Source: a virus (taxonomy: Duplodnaviria > Caudoviricetes). From it: a DNA stretch of 38,151 bases. Numbering within the stretch: the stretch's first letter is position 1; each line of letters opens with the position of its first letter. The DNA lies in the IMG/VR virus record IMGVR_UViG_3300012914_000005, positions 1 to 38,151 of that record, one strand, 5' to 3'. Of the stretch, positions 16,214 to 25,273 are shown one piece after another. The translations under genes and the position numbers were made by a program. Under the pieces are notes generated by a model, which searched no databases, was not told the origin of the DNA, and worked only from the letters and a program-made list of their open reading frames with translations.

Positions 16214-16380
16214 ATGAGTTCCAGGTCGTCGATGCTGACGGCATCGTCCACTTCCTGATCACCTGCATGATCTGCCACGGTCTGATTGAGCGGGGCAACC
16301 TGGACCGGCACCTGGACCACTGTTCCAAGCGGGCGGTCAGAAGCTGGGTCTACGCTACGCCCGAGGTGAGGCCGGTATGA
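16210..16380 (+). CDS. 56 aa C2HC zinc-finger microprotein
   Basis: GGAGG RBS; CMIC...LDRHLDHC; ATGA overlaps. Confidence 0.65.
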   Translation: MNEFQVVDADGIVHFLITCMICHGLIERGNLDRHLDHCSKRAVRSWVYATPEVRPV

Positions 16381-16508
16381 ACTGGCATATCGCAATGGTT
16401 TTCGCGCGACATGACGCACGGATTCTGCGCACCAAGCAGTACGTCTACGGTGTCCGGCTGAATGACGGTCGCTGGGTTTACGGGGTGTCCTGGGTGAAGC
16501 CGAGATGA
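16377..16508 (+). CDS. 43 aa hypothetical protein (MNWHIAMVFARH...)
   Basis: GAGG RBS; ATGA overlaps. Confidence 0.6.
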   Translation: MNWHIAMVFARHDARILRTKQYVYGVRLNDGRWVYGVSWVKPR

Positions 16509-16624
16509 ACGCGGCCAACTGGTTCGTCGCGCTGGTCCTGACCGGCGGCGGAGTGATCTTCCTGGACGCCAAGGTCAGGGCGGCCCGGCACTGGTACCGC
16601 TGCAGAGGAGGGCACCGGAAATGA
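16505..16624 (+). CDS. 39 aa membrane microprotein (MNAANWFVALVL...)
   Basis: ATGA overlaps; TM helix with basic tail. Confidence 0.6.
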   Translation: MNAANWFVALVLTGGGVIFLDAKVRAARHWYRCRGGHRK

Positions 16625-16722
16625 TCTTGTTAGTCATCGTTGTTGGTGGGCTGGCCGGTGGTCTACTCGCCATGGCCGGCTGGGCGCTGGTCGGCTGGAT
16701 CTTGGATCGGTGGTTCCTGTGA
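16621..16722 (+). CDS. 33 aa membrane microprotein (MILLVIVVGG...)
   Basis: AGGAGG RBS; ATGA/GTGA overlaps; hydrophobic. Confidence 0.6.
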   Translation: MILLVIVVGGLAGGLLAMAGWALVGWILDRWFL

Positions 16723-16883
16723 AGGAGCTGTTACTGCTTGTCTGGGAAGGCTTCTGGGTGATCGGCCAGGGGTTCGGCATGACCGGCGTGGTCCTGACCC
16801 GGTTCGCCGACACGCTCTGGATCGGGCTGGCCACCCTGGTCGCGGTCTGGATCTTCTGCACAGGATTGGCGGTGTCGCTGTGA
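16719..16883 (+). CDS. 54 aa membrane microprotein (MKELLLLVWEGF...)
   Basis: GTGA overlaps; two hydrophobic segments. Confidence 0.6.
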   Translation: MKELLLLVWEGFWVIGQGFGMTGVVLTRFADTLWIGLATLVAVWIFCTGLAVSL

Positions 16884-17086
16884 GCAGGGCACTGCGCCGG
16901 GACTGGTCGTGGCTGGCCACCTGGACCTGGGCGGCCCCGATGGTGCTCTCCCAGGCCGGCAAGCGAACCAGCCCCGGCCGGCGGGGCACCCGGCGCCTGA
17001 TCCGGCGCCAGCACGATTACGCCCTGGACCCCGATCCCAGCACGATCGGCGGCTGCATCCGCCGGGGGTTCCTGGAAGGTGCCTGA
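16880..17086 (+). CDS. 68 aa basic hypothetical protein (MSRALRRDWSW...)
   Basis: GTGA overlap; ends just before the terminator. Confidence 0.6.
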   Translation: MSRALRRDWSWLATWTWAAPMVLSQAGKRTSPGRRGTRRLIRRQHDYALDPDPSTIGGCIRRGFLEGA

Positions 17087-17092
17087 AACCAA

Positions 17093-17125
17093 GCAGCCCC
17101 GCCCGATTCTCCCGGGCGGGGCTGC
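17093..17125. terminator. hairpin between convergent operons (bidirectional terminator)
   Basis: GCAGCCCCGCCC/GGGCGGGGCTGC 12 bp stem. Confidence 0.7.
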
Positions 17126-17136
17126 AGTCGTTCGGG

Positions 17137-17367
17137 TCAGTGCGTTTCGTCCGCGACCAGGCTGGGCGAGTCGGGCTGCCCGATCGTGGAGCTGGCCAGG
17201 CTGGTCAGGACGCTCACCACGGCGGCCCCGGCGGCCACACCGGCGGCGCGCTGCCAGTCCACGGCGAACGCGTCGACCAGGTCAGCTCCGAGGAACGTGA
17301 CGAGCACCTGGGCGGTGGTCTTCACCGCCCGCTCGGCGGTTGACTTCCAGAACAGTGCACGGTCCAT
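17137..17367 (-). CDS. holin, r1t family
   Basis: FWKSTAERAVKTTAQ...VDW...SVLTSLAS signature; AGGAG RBS. Confidence 0.9.
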   Translation of the reverse strand: MDRALFWKSTAERAVKTTAQVLVTFLGADLVDAFAVDWQRAAGVAAGAAVVSVLTSLASSTIGQPDSPSLVADETH

Positions 17368-17411
17368 CGTGGTCTCCTGAGATCGGTGCTTTCCGGGTCC
17401 GGTCAAGTATC

Positions 17412-17735
17412 TCACCGGCATGCCTCGAACGCCGCTCCGCGCAGCAGCTTCTCCGCCTCGGCGGCTTGCCGCCGGCCGGCCGGGGTGGTCCGGGGCGGAT
17501 CGGTGCTGGCCAGGATGCCCACCGCGGGGCAGATCACGGCGTTCTGTGCCTGGATCGCAGTGATCGCGCTGGTCACCAGCAGACTGATCGCGATCACTGA
17601 GAGCAGACCGGCCACGATCGCCGCGATCCCGATTCGGATCATCCGACTCTGCCGCCGGCCCAGGTCGTCCAACTGCTCGCCGATTCCTGCCAGGGTGTTG
17701 TCGACATCGCGCAACGCCTGGGTGTGGTCAATCAT
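17412..17735 (-). CDS. membrane protein in lysis cassette
   Basis: single TM helix; position. Confidence 0.7.
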   Translation of the reverse strand: MIDHTQALRDVDNTLAGIGEQLDDLGRRQSRMIRIGIAAIVAGLLSVIAISLLVTSAITAIQAQNAVICPAVGILASTDPPRTTPAGRRQAAEAEKLLRGAAFEACR

Positions 17736-17841
17736 GGGATGAGTCTTTCACCTCGGCGGTGCGCGCCCGGACCTGTTCGGTCACGGTAGAGAGTCGTTCT
17801 AGAGCGGTGTTCAGCTCATCGAGGACGTCGACCGTCGTCAC
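17728..17841 (-). CDS. 37 aa helical hypothetical protein (MTTVDVLDELNTALERL...)
   Basis: GGAAAG before GTG 17841; amphipathic helix; fills the gap in the cassette. Confidence 0.45.
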   Translation of the reverse strand: MTTVDVLDELNTALERLSTVTEQVRARTAEVKDSSHD

Positions 17842-18109
17842 GGAGTCTTTCCGTCCTGGCCGCGGTCGCGATGAGGAATTCGCGCTGGGTCGCCGTCGCC
17901 TCTCCGATCGCGGGGATGACATCGGCCATGACCTTGTCTGCCAGCTCATTGCGGGCAGTTCGCTCGACATCAGCACGCTTCTCAGCTCTCCACCATCCGT
18001 AGCCACACACGATGGCGACCAGGAATGCCCCGCCTTGATCGATCGCCCACCGTAAGATCTCCTGCTCGCTGCCACCGGCACTGGCCGTGGTGGCCAGTGC
18101 CGCCAGCAT
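17816..18109 (-). CDS. membrane protein in lysis cassette
   Basis: TM segment followed by coiled coil, directly after the endolysin. Confidence 0.7.
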   Translation of the reverse strand: MLAALATTASAGGSEQEILRWAIDQGGAFLVAIVCGYGWWRAEKRADVERTARNELADKVMADVIPAIGEATATQREFLIATAARTERLRDDGRRPR

Positions 18110-18112
18110 GGC

Positions 18113-18934
18113 CTACTCCGGCTCCGTCTGCAGCAGTGCCAGGACCTGATCCAGCTTGGTGTTCAGCTCGCCGATACCGGCGGTGGCCTTGCCGACCTCC
18201 TCCCCGATGACGGCGCCCTGGTTGAGCTGTTCACCGATCTTGGCCAGGATCGCGCCCCGGGCCGAGACCAGGGCCGTCAGCACGGTGTCCCGGGCCCCGG
18301 CGATCTCGTCCCGGGCGATCCGGACCCCGGGCGACCACTGCAGGATCTCCGCGACCGTGGTGGTCTTCTTGTCCAGCCGCTTGGCCGCCTTCTCGGTGTA
18401 CGTGACGACGCTGTTCAGGTCCATCTGCTTCTCCTTCTCCGGGGCCGGCTTGGCGGCATCCCTGATCTTGGCCGCGATCCGGGCGACTGCATCCCGGTCG
18501 TCGTCCACCTCGATATGCATTCCGTCCACGGTGCCGGTGTAGAACTCTCCGCACCGGAGCACGCCCTCGTAGTACTTCAGCCGGGCCGCCATCTTGGTGC
18601 GCTCAGTCTGGGTGTGCGTGCCCTTGACGCCCCGGGGGTGGCGGGTGGCGTTCAGGTCCACCGCGGTGGCGCTCCCGTGGTTGCTGTAGCCCGAGGTCTG
18701 GCCCCGGACCGGCCGGACGGCGTAGGACCAATCATCGTAGCCGGGTGTCTCCCGGACCGGCAGCGTGATCTTCTCGATGGTGTTGTGGTACCAGGTCACC
18801 CAGTCGGCCAGCACCGTGGCGACGTCCGCAGTGGCCGCCCAGAACCCGACCCCGGCCACCGTGAACCGGACGAATTTCTTCGTGTCGTCGTACACCGGCC
18901 AGCCGTTCTGACTGACGCCAATCTTTTTCGTCAT
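18113..18934 (-). CDS. endolysin, M15-family zinc peptidase
   Basis: SQNGWP, DDWSYAVR, SNHGSATAVDLN, DGMHIE; AGGAG RBS. Confidence 0.9.
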   Translation of the reverse strand: MTKKIGVSQNGWPVYDDTKKFVRFTVAGVGFWAATADVATVLADWVTWYHNTIEKITLPVRETPGYDDWSYAVRPVRGQTSGYSNHGSATAVDLNATRHPRGVKGTHTQTERTKMAARLKYYEGVLRCGEFYTGTVDGMHIEVDDDRDAVARIAAKIRDAAKPAPEKEKQMDLNSVVTYTEKAAKRLDKKTTTVAEILQWSPGVRIARDEIAGARDTVLTALVSARGAILAKIGEQLNQGAVIGEEVGKATAGIGELNTKLDQVLALLQTEPE

Positions 18935-18962
18935 GAGTTCGCCATCTCCTGTGTGAAAAGCG

Positions 18963-19250
18963 CTAGAACGTAACCGTTTCTCGGTCAGTGTAGGCGTTGC
19001 CCGCGTAGTACTTCTTGAGGGTGACAGTGGACCCCGTCGGCTTGTTGGACTCCACAATTGCCGCTAGCGCCTGGGCGTACTCCTCGAAAGCGGCCAGCTG
19101 AGCGGCATTCGGCAGGAGATCCTGGTCGTTCCACGATCGGTGTAGAGCAAGGGCATCCAGACCACTGACCGTGCCGCCCTGCTCTCCTGTCACGTGGATT
19201 TCGTACTCTACGACAGTGACGTTAGCCAGGGGTGTGCTGGGAAAATTCAT
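18963..19250 (-). CDS. hypothetical protein (tail-tip associated)
   Basis: TAAGGAG RBS before ATG 19250; lower GC. Confidence 0.7.
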   Translation of the reverse strand: MNFPSTPLANVTVVEYEIHVTGEQGGTVSGLDALALHRSWNDQDLLPNAAQLAAFEEYAQALAAIVESNKPTGSTVTLKKYYAGNAYTDRETVTF

Positions 19251-19260
19251 GCGAAACTCC

Positions 19261-19815
19261 TTATGCAGTAGCGATCCACCGGGCAAAACAACGGGTACCC
19301 AGTGAGGTACCCGACAGAGCTGACGCACCTCCGGAACGCTGAGCAATGAACGCTTCAAGGTAGTCCCCCGCGCTCATGAACCGCGTGAACCGGAAGTACA
19401 CGTTCGGCGACCCGTCACCCAGCATGTACGGCTGGGTACGGATGGACGATCCACCTGATGCCGAACCCGCTGAGTTCAGACGCACATTCAAGCTCAGCCC
19501 GGTATAAGTGCCGTTGGCCAGAGTAAACAGGTAATCAATCTCGTAAAGACCGGCGGTGGGAAACTTGATCCTTGAGGGGTTGACGACAGGGTCATGCATG
19601 CTGTCCGTGTCATACGTCTCAGAATCGAAATCGACCAGGTAGTAGACCAGAGTCGGGGCGGCGGGGCTGTTAGGTATGGACGCGCTTCCGGCCCAGGCGT
19701 GCACCCGGGGGTAGTCCGTCAACAGAAAATTGAACACGTCCCGGACACCGGCATCGAAATTCACGGCCGAGAGAATGTCCCCGGCGGACGGGTCAAGCGG
19801 AACCGGTACGGCCAT
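19261..19815 (-). CDS. minor tail / receptor-binding protein
   Basis: MAVPVP...AGDILSA..F...VRD N-terminus typical of actinophage minor tails; beta-sandwich-like C-terminus; lower GC. Confidence 0.75.
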   Translation of the reverse strand: MAVPVPLDPSAGDILSAVNFDAGVRDVFNFLLTDYPRVHAWAGSASIPNSPAAPTLVYYLVDFDSETYDTDSMHDPVVNPSRIKFPTAGLYEIDYLFTLANGTYTGLSLNVRLNSAGSASGGSSIRTQPYMLGDGSPNVYFRFTRFMSAGDYLEAFIAQRSGGASALSGTSLGTRCFARWIATA

Positions 19816-19817
19816 GG

Positions 19818-22691
19818 TCAGACTCCGAATCTCAAGGGGGTCCAGACTTCCAGCGGCTCCCCGGCGACATGTGCTCTGGCTACTGTAGGCGCTACGCCCC
19901 GGGCGGACACGGTCAGTGTCTGCGGGCTGGTCGCCCCGCCGGCCGCACTGACCGTGATCCGCTCCCCGTTCCAGTTCAGGTCCAAGGGGTAGATCCCGGT
20001 GGAGCGGATCGGGACCCCGGTCAGGATCACCGTGCCGGTCCCCGTGGTGCCTACGCACGTGCCGCCGGTCACCGTGGCCAGGCCGGCGCCGATCGCGAAC
20101 CGTCCGATCGTCGCGGAGTCGAACCGGCCCGGGGTGTAGTCGGCAGCAGGATCGGTGTCGAACTGGAACCGGTAGCTGGCGTCCTCGGCCACGTAGATCT
20201 CGGTCCAGCCGGTAGCGAACACGTCCAGGTAGGTGATGCCCAGGTAACTGGCCGGCAAGTTGGTGATCCGCATCCGGTCGTGCGGCATCAGCGCCATGAT
20301 CGCCGCGGTGAGATCGTTGGCCGAGGTGGTGAGGTCGATGCCGAACGCGCTCAGTCGGCTGGACGATGCATTCATCTGCAGGGAGGCCAGCGAGCGCGCG
20401 TGGGACTCGGTCCCGGCTGCCGTGTCCAGGCTGGCTCCGTCCAGCTGCAGGTTCGTCTGGGCCTCCCTGACGGTGTCGATCACGTCGTAGCTACCCGAGG
20501 GGGTGTTGACCGTGACCCGGGTCGGGCGCTCGTCCTTGACCGGCGCCCAGCCCCCGTCCGGCGCCGACAGATCCGCCTCGGCATCCAGCGTGACCACGGG
20601 GTTGAGCTGAAACATTTCGATACCGGTGCGAAACCTCCGGACGCCGTCCGGCTGGGTGTAGATCGCCCCGCCGGTGGTCCGGGAGTGCTCGTTCCAGCGG
20701 CTGAGCAGGTCCCGGGTCGCGTTGGTGTACATCATCGGGGTGCCGTCGTTGGCGGTGGACGGAATCGCCCCCACCAGGATGTCCAGGGCCTGAGTCGTGA
20801 TGCCCAGCCTGGTCGACATCGCGTCGGCGCGCTGCAGCACCGCGGGGTTGCCCTGGTCGACGAAACTGAACGCCGTCCCGTACTGCAGCAGCAGACTGGA
20901 AACCGTGCCCTGGAACGTGTTGGTCTGCTTGCCCAGCTTGGACGGCGCCATCCGGCCCCCGATAGACAGGTGGGTCGCGACCCGGGGATCGTACGGCCAG
21001 ACCGAGGACCCGAAAGACGTTCCCTCGGTGATGTTCTCGCCCTTGTTGTGGGTCCGGATCGCGGACGTCGTAGCCGAGGGGAACCAGATCAGCCAGAAGT
21101 GCCAGCCGTCCTCCCGGGGCGCCTGGGTGTTGTAGAACGACCGGGCCACCCCGTTGGCGTCACTCAGCTGCCACTGCACCTTGCCGCTGACCAGCTTGGG
21201 CCCCCACACCCAGAGCAGGTCGCCGGCCGCGTCCCAGGCGGTGATGCAGTCGTCGCCGACCACGGAGCCGGCTGGATCGTTGGTGAGTCGGAACCAGCCC
21301 TGGATCGACGTCAGCTGGCCGAGGTTGCGCGCCAGCTTGTAGGTGATCACCGGGGCCGGGGCCGCGTCGTCCCCACGGGTGAAGTCGATCTGCCCGTCCG
21401 TCAGGTGGCCGCCGTCCGGACCGCTCAGCGTGGCGCTGCCCGGTAGCTTGTTCTTGGGCTGGACCAGCTGGGCCGCCCGGTCCGGCAACGGCCGGCTGGA
21501 AACGATCCGCAGACTGGTCGCGTCGGTGCCGTCGTCCAGCGCCAGGTACTCCCGGCCGGCGCCGTTCGTGGTAGCGAACTCCCCGAACACGGACAGCACG
21601 GTCCGGCGCGCGTACCGGCTCAGCACACAGCTGGCCGTGATGTCGACCATGGCGGTGGCCGGTGGCATCTCTCCGGCGGTGGGTGTCCAGGTGTCGATCC
21701 AGCCCTGGAACCGGACCGCCGACCCACCGCCGGGCCAGTACGCCGTGACCCGGATGCGCCGGTCGACGTCGACGTGCGGGTAGTAGGCCCCGGCGGGGTT
21801 CTCCGGGACGAACGGGCTGAACCCGACGTGAGCCGTGGTGGCCCCGCCCAGCACGCCGATCTCGGCTGCCTGGACCGGGTCGTTCTGCAGCTGCAGCTGC
21901 AGCTCCACGGTCGCCCCGCCGAAGCCGGGCCGGACCCGGGGGTGCGTGATGACCGAGGCTTCCACCCGGCTGGAGACATCCCGGTAGACCCCGGAGCCGG
22001 GCACGAATTCGATCTCGGTCTTCTGGGTGACCCGGTCGACCACGGGGATCGGCGGGCCGGCGACCGGTGTGGTCGAGATCAGGGCCGCGTACCCGTTGGT
22101 GCTGGAGTGGGTGTGGGTGATCGTCACCGACCGGGTCGACGTGGCGCCGGCGATGAGGCTGGACACCACGGCCGAGGTCACCGTGCTGGTCTCCTCCGAG
22201 AACAGCCTCTGGGTGACCGTCTCGCCCCCGGTGCTGACCGTGGACGTGACCACGGTGCCGGTGGCGGTGGAGCGCTCCAGCCCGATCGCGACCACGGTGT
22301 TGCCCGAGGTGACCGACGCCGTGCCCGAGGTCGTGGTGAACGCCGTCCCGGGCCGGACCCCGGCGGCCAGGCTCCCGACGTCGTAGGTGTGCTCATCCTG
22401 GTAGACGTGCCAGGCGTTCGCCAGACCGTTGACCGTGGCCGAACTGGTGATGACGTCCCCGGCCGTGACCCCGGTGACCGACCAGATCGTCACGCGCAGG
22501 TTGGTCGCGGCCCGGTCGTCAATGAGGGTGAAGCTGGCACCGACCTTGGCCGGTACCGGGTCCCAGTCGGTGCCGTCGCCCCGGGCGTAGATGATCAGGC
22601 CGGTCCAGGTCGGGCCGACGCCGACCGGGACGGTCAGGGCCGGGCCGGCCGGGGTGGTGCCGGACGCCGCGGCGCCGGTGATCCAGGTCAT
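19818..22691 (-). CDS. large minor tail protein
   Basis: directly after tape measure (ATGA overlap); Thr/Gly-rich beta structure; RFQGWIDTW hub-like segment. Confidence 0.85.
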   Translation of the reverse strand: MTWITGAAASGTTPAGPALTVPVGVGPTWTGLIIYARGDGTDWDPVPAKVGASFTLIDDRAATNLRVTIWSVTGVTAGDVITSSATVNGLANAWHVYQDEHTYDVGSLAAGVRPGTAFTTTSGTASVTSGNTVVAIGLERSTATGTVVTSTVSTGGETVTQRLFSEETSTVTSAVVSSLIAGATSTRSVTITHTHSSTNGYAALISTTPVAGPPIPVVDRVTQKTEIEFVPGSGVYRDVSSRVEASVITHPRVRPGFGGATVELQLQLQNDPVQAAEIGVLGGATTAHVGFSPFVPENPAGAYYPHVDVDRRIRVTAYWPGGGSAVRFQGWIDTWTPTAGEMPPATAMVDITASCVLSRYARRTVLSVFGEFATTNGAGREYLALDDGTDATSLRIVSSRPLPDRAAQLVQPKNKLPGSATLSGPDGGHLTDGQIDFTRGDDAAPAPVITYKLARNLGQLTSIQGWFRLTNDPAGSVVGDDCITAWDAAGDLLWVWGPKLVSGKVQWQLSDANGVARSFYNTQAPREDGWHFWLIWFPSATTSAIRTHNKGENITEGTSFGSSVWPYDPRVATHLSIGGRMAPSKLGKQTNTFQGTVSSLLLQYGTAFSFVDQGNPAVLQRADAMSTRLGITTQALDILVGAIPSTANDGTPMMYTNATRDLLSRWNEHSRTTGGAIYTQPDGVRRFRTGIEMFQLNPVVTLDAEADLSAPDGGWAPVKDERPTRVTVNTPSGSYDVIDTVREAQTNLQLDGASLDTAAGTESHARSLASLQMNASSSRLSAFGIDLTTSANDLTAAIMALMPHDRMRITNLPASYLGITYLDVFATGWTEIYVAEDASYRFQFDTDPAADYTPGRFDSATIGRFAIGAGLATVTGGTCVGTTGTGTVILTGVPIRSTGIYPLDLNWNGERITVSAAGGATSPQTLTVSARGVAPTVARAHVAGEPLEVWTPLRFGV

Positions 22692-24754
22692 TTCGCGTGG
22701 GTCCATCTCTGGGTGGGTGCGGCGGCCCGGGCCAGGTCCCCGACCCGGTCACTGATGGCTGCGTTCCGGCCGGCCCGGGTCGCAGCGTTTCGGGCCATGT
22801 CGGCCACCTTGCGACTGGCCGCACTTCCTCCGCCTCCACCCCCACCGCCGGAGCCAGCCGGCGCCGAGGCCAGGGCGTCCAGGATCAGGGCCCGGAGTTC
22901 TTTCTTGGAGGCCAGCACGTTGCCGTGCACGTGGATCTCGTAGGTGTTGCCACCCCCGGTCTGGCCCAGCCGCTGTGTGAGCCCCGCGGGCAGGATCATC
23001 CGGTTCGTGGCCGGCATCGAGATCTCCGGCCCGTGCTCGCCGACCATGTAGGCCCCGCCAGCGACCTGAGGACCGCCGACCGCGTTCGCACCACGGCCGA
23101 TCCCGCCACCGGCGCCCCGCCGGGCGGTGTTCTCGTCCCGGCGCAGTTCGGACCGGTAGCTGGTGATGTACTCCTTCCGGACCAGGATCTCAATTTCCTT
23201 GCCCTTGAGCCTGTTGATATCCGCTCTCAGTGAGTTGACCTTGTTCCGCATCCCCTGGACAGCGGCGGCGGCTTTGCGGAATGGGGCTCCAGCCTTGCCG
23301 GGCAATTTACCCATCACCTCAAACATTGTCTGAAACCCTTTCAGCCAATGGTCAACCAGCGTGGCCACCGTGTTGGCGACCGCCTTGAACACGGTCCTGG
23401 TCACGGCTCGGAATGTCTCTGACTTTTTGTAGGCCAGGACGAGACCAGCAGCGACCAGGGCGATCGCAGCAATAATCAGACCTACCGGGCCCAGAGCGGC
23501 CAGCCACGCGAACCTCAGTGCTTTCAGTGCCCCGTTCAGCACGAACGTGGCCGCCGCCGCTGCTTTCTCCGCCGCCGCGGTGCCCCGGATCGACATGGCC
23601 AGGATGCCGGCCTGGCTGGCCCCTGCCAGCGCGGTGCCGCCGAACTCCCCGACCCCGGTGATAGCCAGGCCCAGTGCCCCGTCCGAGCTGGCCATGGACT
23701 GAGTCCACTGCTCGAACCCTCGTTTCAACGTCTCGATCTTGCCCGCGGCGTTGTCCCCCACCGTGTCGGCCATGCGCTGAGTCGCGCCGTCCACGTTCTC
23801 GATCTCACCCTTGGTGTCCTGCAAGGCTGGCAGGACGGTCCGAATCGTGTCTTCCCAGGTGGTGCCGAACAGCGCGGTACCGGCCTCGTTCTGCTTGAGC
23901 GGGTCCTTGATACCCAGCAGTCCCTCGATGACCTGGTCGGTCGCTTCCCGGGCCGAGTCTCCACCCTTGCCGAACGCCTCGGCCATTCCCTTGGCGTCCA
24001 GGCCGATGTCCTTGAACGCCTGGTTGGTCGTCTCGGAGCCGTCCAGGACCCGGAGACCGAATTCCTTGAAACCGTCTGCCAGCACGTCGGTATCACGGGC
24101 ACCAGCCTTGAGACCGGCACTCAGCAGGTTGAGCGCGTCCTTGCCGTCGATGCCCAGCTTGGAGAACTGCGGGGAGTACTCCTGGAAGGTCTCCAGCAGG
24201 TCGTCCGCCTTGTTGACCCCGCCCTGCATACCGGCGGTCAGGATGTCGAACGCCTCATCAGCGTTCTTTGCCAAGCCATTTTTCATCATCGCGCCGACCG
24301 CCTCGGTGCTCAAGGCCAGGTCGACGTCCATGGTGGAGCTGAGAGCAAGCGCCTTCTCGGTGATGCCAGCCAGCTGGTCCTCAGACATCTTGGAGACATC
24401 ACCGATATTGGTCCCCACGGAGCGGATGGCGGCGTTCACCTCGTCCATGTTCTCGCCCCAGTTGTTGCCGTAGACCTCGGCAGCAGCAGCCCCCGCCTTG
24501 CCGGCATCCTGGGTGGTCAGACCGAGCTGGGCCGCCAGCTTGTCGTTGCCGACCTCCAGGTTGGCGTTCGCGGCGAACCCAGCAGCCAGCAGACCGGCCC
24601 CGGCTGCCCCGGCGGCGCCCAGCGCCATACCGATCTTGGCCGCGGTAGAGCGGGCGGTGCCCTCGGTCGACTCGATGTCCGACTCGAAATCGTCCATCCC
24701 GGACCCGTCGTACCGGGTACCGAGCACCCATGAAAGGCTAGGCATTCTTGGCAC
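22688..24754 (-). CDS. tape measure protein
   Basis: DDLLETFQEYSPQFSKLG, DGFKEF, ALFGTTWED (phage-related minor tail domain), hydrophobic segment, VGEHGPE; ATG 24745 is an alternative start. Confidence 0.92.
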   Translation of the reverse strand: MPRMPSLSWVLGTRYDGSGMDDFESDIESTEGTARSTAAKIGMALGAAGAAGAGLLAAGFAANANLEVGNDKLAAQLGLTTQDAGKAGAAAAEVYGNNWGENMDEVNAAIRSVGTNIGDVSKMSEDQLAGITEKALALSSTMDVDLALSTEAVGAMMKNGLAKNADEAFDILTAGMQGGVNKADDLLETFQEYSPQFSKLGIDGKDALNLLSAGLKAGARDTDVLADGFKEFGLRVLDGSETTNQAFKDIGLDAKGMAEAFGKGGDSAREATDQVIEGLLGIKDPLKQNEAGTALFGTTWEDTIRTVLPALQDTKGEIENVDGATQRMADTVGDNAAGKIETLKRGFEQWTQSMASSDGALGLAITGVGEFGGTALAGASQAGILAMSIRGTAAAEKAAAAATFVLNGALKALRFAWLAALGPVGLIIAAIALVAAGLVLAYKKSETFRAVTRTVFKAVANTVATLVDHWLKGFQTMFEVMGKLPGKAGAPFRKAAAAVQGMRNKVNSLRADINRLKGKEIEILVRKEYITSYRSELRRDENTARRGAGGGIGRGANAVGGPQVAGGAYMVGEHGPEISMPATNRMILPAGLTQRLGQTGGGNTYEIHVHGNVLASKKELRALILDALASAPAGSGGGGGGGGSAASRKVADMARNAATRAGRNAAISDRVGDLARAAAPTQRWTHAK

Positions 24755-24960
24755 TTTCCTTTCGTAGGTGGTCGATCCCGGCTCTCAGGACCCGGTAGTC
24801 CTCGTACTCCAGAGCACGGATCTCGGCCGGGGTGTAGTGGTACGTGGTGGCGAAATCTATGAGGTAGCTACGGATTTCGTCATCGAGGTATCTGGTGCCG
24901 TCTACTGGTCGATCGCGGGGGACGAGTCGGGCGCTTCCGTCTGGGTTGCGCCGATGGGAG
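24738..24960 (-). CDS. tail assembly chaperone second ORF (gpT-like), probably reached by -1 frameshift; 5' boundary approximate
   Basis: start-less frame ...YLIDFATTYHYTPAEIRALEYEDY...KNA* between the chaperone and tape measure. Confidence 0.7.
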
Positions 24961-25258
24961 GGTCCGGCACCATCTCCACCTCGGGCTCCGGCTCGTCCTC
25001 CCCGAACTCCTCGACGTCGTCCATGTCCATCAGAAGAGCGTCGTCCCAGGCGAACAGGGGCCGGATCTCGTGGGCCAGCTGGTAGCGGCGGATCGAGGCC
25101 CAGTAGGTGACCGCGATCGCATAGGCGAACTCCCAGTCCGGGTGCCGCTTGCCCAGCTCCCGCTCCATGATGGCGAGCTCGCCGAGGTTCGGCTTGACCA
25201 GCCGGAACCTGATACCGGGGAACAGGCGTTCCACGGTGAAAGTCGTTGTCCTGGGCAT
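24902..25258 (-). CDS. tail assembly chaperone (gpG-like)
   Basis: 118 aa with acidic C-terminus, upstream of tape measure. Confidence 0.75.
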   Translation of the reverse strand: MPRTTTFTVERLFPGIRFRLVKPNLGELAIMERELGKRHPDWEFAYAIAVTYWASIRRYQLAHEIRPLFAWDDALLMDMDDVEEFGEDEPEPEVEMVPDPPIGATQTEAPDSSPAIDQ

Positions 25259-25273
25259 GATTTTGTGTCGTCT

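Noticed and set aside
16640-17086. 148 aa ORF as listed in the track
   Set aside because: Better explained by coupled short genes; only the part from GTG 16880 is likely real
19869-22943. 525 aa and 389 aa plus-strand ORFs
   Set aside because: Antisense shadows of the minor tail gene
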